Sequence record: NZ_CP017205.1
DNA length: 30,176 bases
Direction: 5' to 3' (one strand)
DNA from: a plasmid
In this document: positions 25,009 through 30,176 of the stretch, piece after piece
How positions within the stretch are numbered: position 1 is the first letter of the stretch
Layout: each line of letters begins with the position of its first letter
Program-made: the position numbers and the translations under genes
Notes under the pieces: model-generated
The model's database searches: none
Told to the model about the DNA's origin: nothing
What the model saw: the letters and a program-made list of their open reading frames with translations, nothing else

Positions 25009-25785
25009 CTAAAGTTTAAGGCACTTTTTAGCACATTCATAAGCTTGAATTTTATTAGCAGAAGATAGGCCGTAGATATTATCAATTTCATTGGTTGAAG
25101 AATATTTCATAAGTTCTTTAATTTGAAAAGAATTGTAGCCGTTGGATTTCAAATTTGAAATAAATAAATTTCGACATAGATGGAGAGATTTATTTACACG
25201 AAACCCCGATTTTTTAAGAAGATTTTTAAATTTATTAGAAATATGGATAATGCTAATTTGGTTGTCTTTAAACTTATGTTTGGATTTTTGAAAAAAATAA
25301 GTACGTCTTGTATCAAGATTTTTCTCATTAAAATGATTTTTGTGTGCTGTTTGGATAGCCTCGAACTCTTCTGAGTTGATAACAATTTCTCTAATACAAG
25401 TTACATTTCTTTTTTTTGCCACATTTACTTTTATGTTGTATAAAGTTTTTCCGGTTTTGCTTAAAAAAGTTGAAATATCTTGCATTTTTACTTTTTGCAG
25501 TTCGGTGCCCCTGCAGCCACTTATTGCGAGTAAATGTAAAAACCAACCAGATATTGGATCAGCTTGTTTAAGAGTTTTGATGCATTTTTCAATTAGTTTG
25601 CCAATTTTTGGGGTCAAATAAAATTTAGGAGTTGGCTTTGAAGTTTCTTTTTTACTTTTAGAAGAATTTTTTAGTGAATTTTTAAGAATTTTGTTTTCAT
25701 TTATTAGTTTTTGATGATCTTGTAATAATTTGAGCATAAAATCGATGTTGAAATTATTTAAATTAAGATAATTATTTATGTCCAT
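25009..25785 (-). CDS. tyrosine recombinase / phage-integrase-family catalytic-domain protein
   Basis: 258 aa. Box I is LLAISGCRGTEL (A..SG.R..EL). The beta-hairpin Lys is in NIKVNVAKKRNV. Box II is HLCRNLF (HxxR). The C-terminal nucleophile candidate is in NEIDNIYGL. Confidence 0.55.
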   Translation of the reverse strand: MDINNYLNLNNFNIDFMLKLLQDHQKLINENKILKNSLKNSSKSKKETSKPTPKFYLTPKIGKLIEKCIKTLKQADPISGWFLHLLAISGCRGTELQKVKMQDISTFLSKTGKTLYNIKVNVAKKRNVTCIREIVINSEEFEAIQTAHKNHFNEKNLDTRRTYFFQKSKHKFKDNQISIIHISNKFKNLLKKSGFRVNKSLHLCRNLFISNLKSNGYNSFQIKELMKYSSTNEIDNIYGLSSANKIQAYECAKKCLKL

Positions 25786-26099
25786 AAAATCCTCTCCTTA
25801 TAAGTGTTACTTTTAAATTAAGTAAAAGTAATAAAAATAGATGAAAAATGTAATTTATATTTTACCAAAAACAAAAAAATTTAGTCAAATTGTGTGGCTT
25901 CTCATTGCATGCAAAATTTGGATTGTAGGATAGCTGTGATAAACAGAAGAGGCAATTTTTAAGGGGTACACTTAAGAAAGATACTATACTTTAAGTGATA
26001 TATAGCAAAGACTTTGAAATTTAAGTTGTATGTGTTTTGTAGTCTTTTATAATGAGCAGGCCATTTGCAATGGAGAGATTTTAGGGAGTTGATTAAAAT

Positions 26100-26215
26100 T
26101 ATATTTGCGTTTTGTTAATATGTAATAGCTGAATGTAACAAAATTAAATATTTAAATCTTTAAAATATTGCAATTATTGGGTATTGCATTATTCTTTAGA
26201 GTTACGGAGTAACTT
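26100..26215 (+). promoter_or_regulatory. erp promoter/operator region
   Basis: The immediate upstream region of the erp operon contains GTAAC/GTTAC half-sites (tgtaacaaaatt at ~26130; gagttacggagtaactt at 26196-26212) of the type bound by EbfC, next to the BpaB-bound erp operator described for cp32 plasmids. The sites are visible, but binding is inferred from the literature. Confidence 0.4.
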
Positions 26216-26908
26216 ATGAATAAGAAAATGAAAATGTTTATTATTTGTGCTGTTTTTGCATTGATGATTTCTTGCAAGAATTATGCAAGTGGTGAAAATC
26301 TAAAAAATTCAGAACAAAATCTAGAAAGTTCAGAACAAAATGTAAAAAAAACAGAACAAGAGATAAAAAAACAAGTTGAAGGATTTTTAGAAATTCTAGA
26401 GACAAAAGATTTATCTAAATTAGATGAAAAAGATACAAAAGAAATTGAAAAACAAATTCAAGAATTAAAGAATAAAATAGAAAAATTAGATTCTAAAAAA
26501 ACTTCTCTTAAAACATATTCTGAGTATGAAGAAAAACTAAAACAAATAAAAGAAAAATTGAAAGATAAGAAAGAACTTGAAAAAAAATTAAAGGAACTTG
26601 AAGATAGCTTAAAAAAGAAAAAAGGGGAGAGAAAAAGTGCTTTACAAGAGGCTAAGCAAAAATTTGAAGAATATAAAAAACAAGTAGATACTTCAACTGG
26701 GAAAACTCAAGGCGACAGGTCTAAAAACCGAGGTGGTGTTGGAGTGCAAGCTTGGCAGTGTGCCAATGAATTAGGTTTGGGTGTAAGTTATTCTAATGGC
26801 GGCAGTGACAACAGCAATACTGATGAATTAGCAAACAAAGTTATAGATGATTCTCTTAAAAAGATTGAAGAAGAACTTAAGGGAATAGAAGAAGATAAAA
26901 AAGAATAA
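26216..26908 (+). CDS. erp: Erp lipoprotein, OspF-related type
   Basis: MNKKMKMFIICAVFALMISCKNYASGENLKNSEQNLESSEQN is the conserved Erp/OspEF leader plus lipobox (ISC). 230 aa, coiled-coil Lys/Glu-rich. Confidence 0.85.
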   Translation: MNKKMKMFIICAVFALMISCKNYASGENLKNSEQNLESSEQNVKKTEQEIKKQVEGFLEILETKDLSKLDEKDTKEIEKQIQELKNKIEKLDSKKTSLKTYSEYEEKLKQIKEKLKDKKELEKKLKELEDSLKKKKGERKSALQEAKQKFEEYKKQVDTSTGKTQGDRSKNRGGVGVQAWQCANELGLGVSYSNGGSDNSNTDELANKVIDDSLKKIEEELKGIEEDKKE

Positions 26909-26959
26909 CAGTGGTATCTTTTAAGATAGAAATTCAAAACAAAGGAGAAAACAAAAAGT

Positions 26960-28018
26960 ATGAATAAAAAAATATTGATTATTTTTGCTGTTTTTGCACT
27001 TATAATTTCTTGTAAAAATTATGCAACTGGTAAAGATATAAAACAAAATGCAAAAGGGAAAATTAAAGGATTTTTAGACAAGGTTTTAGATCCAGCAAAA
27101 GATAAAATTACTTCAAATGGTCCAAAAGTAGATGAAGTAGCAAAAAAATTACAAGAAGAAGAATTAATGCAGGGTGATGATCCTAATAATAGTCAATTAA
27201 GTCCTCCACTAGTATTGCTGGCAAGTGGTCAAGATAATGCACTGGTATTAAAAGCAGAACAACAACAAAGTGGTGGTCAACAAGAAGAACAAGCTAAAGC
27301 AAGAAAGGAGGATAAGGGGAAAGGAGAAAAAGCAGAAGATAGAAAAGAAAAACAAGAGGATAAAGAAGGAAGTGATAAAGAAAAAGAAGAAGTAGAAGAA
27401 CAAAACAAAGGGCAAAAACAAGAAGCAGAAAAAGAAGCTAAAGAAAAACAAGAAAGAGAAGAAAAACAAAAACGACAACAAGAAGAGCAACAAAGAAAAG
27501 CCAAAGAAGAAGCAGAAAAAGAAGCTAAAGAAAAACAAGAAGAAGAAAAGAAAGTTAAAGACAAAATTAAAAATCTCGTAGATAAAATAGCTAAGATCAA
27601 TGGAGATATTGATGGTATAAAAGGGAAAACAAGTGTGGGAGCAGAAGAAGTTAGAGATAAAATTACAGGGCCTGTATATGATGATTTTACTGATGATAGT
27701 AGTAAAGCTATCTACTATACTTGGAATTTAGAAAACGAAGAGGACTCAGAATTAGAAAAATTATTAAAAGAATTGAGTGATGCTAGAAGCAGTTTGAGAA
27801 CTAGATTAAATGAGGGGAATAAACCGCTTGTTTATACTATTAGAAAAGAGGATGAACCTAAATTAAAAGAAATCGTAAATGTTAGCGAAATTAAATCAGA
27901 TTTAGAAAAATTAAAATCAAAATTAGAAGATGTTAAAAAATATCTTGAAGACAATTCTAAATTTGAAGAAATTAAAGGATATATCACTGATAATAGCGAT
28001 TATTATGATGAAGATTAA
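26960..28018 (+). CDS. erp: Erp lipoprotein, Elp/ErpX-like type with a KE-rich repeat domain
   Basis: MNKKILIIFAVFALIISCKNYATGKD leader. A central low-complexity EEQ/KEAKEKQE repeat region. Second cistron of the erp operon, RBS aaaggag. Confidence 0.8.
   Translation: MNKKILIIFAVFALIISCKNYATGKDIKQNAKGKIKGFLDKVLDPAKDKITSNGPKVDEVAKKLQEEELMQGDDPNNSQLSPPLVLLASGQDNALVLKAEQQQSGGQQEEQAKARKEDKGKGEKAEDRKEKQEDKEGSDKEKEEVEEQNKGQKQEAEKEAKEKQEREEKQKRQQEEQQRKAKEEAEKEAKEKQEEEKKVKDKIKNLVDKIAKINGDIDGIKGKTSVGAEEVRDKITGPVYDDFTDDSSKAIYYTWNLENEEDSELEKLLKELSDARSSLRTRLNEGNKPLVYTIRKEDEPKLKEIVNVSEIKSDLEKLKSKLEDVKKYLEDNSKFEEIKGYITDNSDYYDED
27290..27560 (+). repeat. low-complexity Lys/Glu-coding repeats with a ~33-nt direct repeat
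   Basis: gaagcagaaaaagaagctaaagaaaaacaagaa occurs at ~27422 and again at ~27508. Purine-rich, so both antisense frames stay open as artefacts. Confidence 0.7.
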
Positions 28019-28048
28019 TTTTATAATGTAATTAATTTGTATACACAA

Positions 28049-28091
28049 AATAACAGCTAGTTAGAAATCTTTACTAGTTGTTATTTTTTTG
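28049..28091 (+). terminator. rho-independent terminator after the erp operon
   Basis: aataacagctagt-[tagaaatcttt]-actagttgttatt is a 13-bp stem with one G-U pair, followed by a T7 run at 28084-28090. It sits 30 nt after the erp stop. Confidence 0.65.
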
Positions 28092-28260
28092 TAAATTTTA
28101 TTATAAACTGCCAAAGAATGCCGCACCTATGATTTATTTGTATAAGAAAAATCTTATCCTTTACCCATAGTGAAATTAAAAGTTTGTGTTAATAATTTAT
28201 TAAATTGCTTTACTATTTAGAGTAACAATTTGTTAATTTTGTTACTTTGGGGGAATTTTT

Positions 28261-28827
28261 TTGAAAAAAGTTAAAAGGTCTTTTGATGATTATGCTGCGT
28301 ATTTTAGTGAGGGCTCATTAAGTGATGTAGAAATAGCGAAGAAATTAGGAGTTTCTAAAGTAAATGTGTGGAGAATGAGACAAAAATGGGAAAGTGGAGA
28401 AAGTTCTGTTAACCAGGACTCTAGAGTAACAATTAGTGAAGATACTTTTGAACACCTTTTGTCGCAAACCTTTAGATCAGAAGTTAACGCTAGGAAAGTT
28501 AGAAGCGAATTGGATTTAGAGCGGGCTAATTTAGAATTAGGATTTATAAATGCATTTAAGCAATATTCTAGTGTTGAGCTTGTTAGTATGTATACTAAAA
28601 TAGAAAATTTAAGAGCCGAAATTGATGCTTTAAATAAAGCAAGTAATAAAAAAAACAAGCAAGTTGTTAATGGAGAAATTAATTCTTTAAAAAGCGAGCT
28701 TGATGAATATATAAAGGAGTGCTCAATAAGAGAAATGGAGCTTTACTATGAATGTATGAAAAAACTTTCAACTGCTAATGAGGCTGAAAGTAAAAGCAAC
28801 TACAAAAATAGTAAAGGGCACAAGTGA
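28261..28827 (+). CDS. phage terminase small subunit
   Basis: TTG start with RBS ggggga, 188 aa. N-terminal HTH-like segment (DVEIAKKLGVSKVNVWRMRQKW). Immediately upstream of, and ATGA-coupled to, the large terminase. Confidence 0.55.
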   Translation: MKKVKRSFDDYAAYFSEGSLSDVEIAKKLGVSKVNVWRMRQKWESGESSVNQDSRVTISEDTFEHLLSQTFRSEVNARKVRSELDLERANLELGFINAFKQYSSVELVSMYTKIENLRAEIDALNKASNKKNKQVVNGEINSLKSELDEYIKECSIREMELYYECMKKLSTANEAESKSNYKNSKGHK

Positions 28828-30176
28828 ACTTATATCAAACAAAACTTTTTACAACACTACAAAAGGAATACAAAAATAAATATGGAGTTGATATATCACA
28901 ATTTGTAAAGCTAACAAATTCTTCAATTAATTTTGATAAGTTTGAAGAAGAACAGTTAACTTTAAAACAAAAAAATGTGATAAAAAGCATTAAAAAGAAT
29001 AATGAAAAAAAGATTATACTCAGCGGAGGCATAGCTAGTGGCAAAACGTATCTTGCATGTTATCTTTTTCTAAAAAGTTTAATTAAAAATAAAAAGTTAT
29101 ACTCTAGTGATACTAATAATTTCATTATTGGGAATTCACAACGCTCAGTTGAAGTTAATGTTTTGGGGCAATTTGAAAAGCTATGTAAACTTCTTAAAAT
29201 TCCTTATATTCCAAGACATACAAATAATTCATATATTCTGATTGATTCACTGAGAATTAATCTATATGGAGGAGATAAGGCAAGTGATTTTGAAAGATTT
29301 AGGGGAAGTAATTCGGCACTTATTTTTGTGAATGAGGCTACAACTTTACACAAGCAAACTTTAGAGGAGGTCTTAAAAAGACTAAGATGCGGGCAAGAAA
29401 CTATTATTTTTGATACTAATCCCGATCATCCAGAACACTATTTTAAAACCGATTATATTGATAATATAGCGACATTTAAGACATATAAGTTTACAACTTA
29501 TGATAATGTGCTACTTAGTAAAGGATTTGTCGAAACACAAGAAAAGCTATATAAAGATATACCATCATATAAAGCAAGAGTTTTGCTAGGTGAGTGGATA
29601 GCAAGCACTGATTCAATTTTTACACAAATAAATATTACTGATGATTATGTATTTACTAGCCCGATAGCATATTTAGACCCAGCATTTAGTGTTGGCGGGG
29701 ATAACACTGCATTATGTGTTATGGAGCGAGTTGATGATAAGTATTATGCTTTTGTATTTCAAGACCAAAGACCAGCTAATGATCCTTATATTATGAATAT
29801 GGTAAAGACCGTTATAGAAAATTTCAATGTGCACACACTGTATTTAGAGGATAGAGATAATACAAAAGGTGCTGGTGGATTGACCCGTGAATACATCTTG
29901 CTAAGAAGTAATATAAGCCAATATTTTAGAATTGTTCCAGTTAAGCCAAAGTCTAATAAATTTAGCAGAATAACAACGTTAATTACGCCGTTTACTTACA
30001 AAAAACTTTATATTACAAAGTACAGTAGTTCTTCTGTATTTAATGATATTTATTCGTATAAGGGGGATAGCAAAACCCATGATGATGCTCTTGATGCAAT
30101 GTCTGCAGCATATTTGATGTTGTCTTTAGGATATAGAGAGCGAAGTGTTCACTTTGGCAATCAAAGATTTTTGTAA
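28824..30176 (+). CDS. phage terminase large subunit (ATPase/nuclease)
   Basis: 450 aa. Walker A is ILSGGIASGKTY. Walker B-like is LIFVNEA. Acidic nuclease-domain residues are in the C-terminal half (DPAFSVGGDNTAL...HDDALDA). Ends at TAA on the last bases of the window. Confidence 0.8.
   Translation: MNLYQTKLFTTLQKEYKNKYGVDISQFVKLTNSSINFDKFEEEQLTLKQKNVIKSIKKNNEKKIILSGGIASGKTYLACYLFLKSLIKNKKLYSSDTNNFIIGNSQRSVEVNVLGQFEKLCKLLKIPYIPRHTNNSYILIDSLRINLYGGDKASDFERFRGSNSALIFVNEATTLHKQTLEEVLKRLRCGQETIIFDTNPDHPEHYFKTDYIDNIATFKTYKFTTYDNVLLSKGFVETQEKLYKDIPSYKARVLLGEWIASTDSIFTQINITDDYVFTSPIAYLDPAFSVGGDNTALCVMERVDDKYYAFVFQDQRPANDPYIMNMVKTVIENFNVHTLYLEDRDNTKGAGGLTREYILLRSNISQYFRIVPVKPKSNKFSRITTLITPFTYKKLYITKYSSSSVFNDIYSYKGDSKTHDDALDAMSAAYLMLSLGYRERSVHFGNQRFL

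Noticed and set aside
25180-25621. + strand small ORFs (64 and 93 aa) overlapping the tyrosine-recombinase-like gene
   Set aside because: The minus-strand ORF carries recognisable catalytic motifs. The + strand ORFs are hydrophobic antisense artefacts.
27248-27600. Two minus-strand ORFs (96 and 107 aa) inside the Elp-type erp gene
   Set aside because: They are antisense to a purine-rich Lys/Glu coding repeat. The poly-Phe/Ser/Leu products are low-complexity artefacts.
28290-28658. 122-aa minus-strand ORF inside the small terminase gene
   Set aside because: It is antisense to a gene with good context (RBS, coupling to the large terminase).
1-30176. tRNA, rRNA or other structured RNA genes
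   Set aside because: No cloverleaf-like GC-rich segments or rRNA-like conserved blocks were seen. The GC-rich spots examined are short hairpins that read as terminators or operators. No small RNA is supportable without a covariance-model search.

Overview
This window reads as an essentially complete cp32-type circular prophage plasmid (phiBB-1 family) from a Lyme-group Borrelia. The genome is AT-rich and almost all coding is on the + strand. The gene order matches cp32. A small and large terminase (28261-30176, large subunit with the Walker A motif SGGIASGKTY) are followed across the window junction by a portal candidate. Next comes a tightly packed late operon of head and contractile-tail genes (66-15154) with a P2-like V-W-J-I-H baseplate and fibre order at its end. 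The BlyA/BlyB holin-like pair follows at 15230-15784. After that come a Bdr repeat protein, an Mlp lipoprotein, the plasmid maintenance block PF-57/PF-50/PF-32(ParA)/PF-49 (19123-22135) and a second Bdr. A bicistronic erp lipoprotein locus (OspF-type plus KE-repeat Elp-type) lies at 26216-28018. The window's last base is the final base of the large-terminase stop codon, and a strong sigma70-like promoter (TTGACA-N17-TATCAT) sits at its first bases, so the window may be the whole replicon linearised at that junction. The most unusual structure is a roughly 130-bp perfect inverted duplication, about 190 bp with diverged flanks. It gives two divergent genes on either side of the maintenance block an identical promoter, RBS and first nine codons (MTNILNKNN). 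By motif, those two genes are an ERF-family single-strand annealing protein (minus strand) and a YqaJ/lambda-exonuclease-like nuclease (plus strand), in effect a split phage recombination module. Nearby are a minus-strand tyrosine-recombinase-like gene and a small ORF with a papain-like Cys/His signature. Also notable is a tandem triplicated paralog family among the head genes. All protein calls rest on motif recognition by eye, not on database searches.
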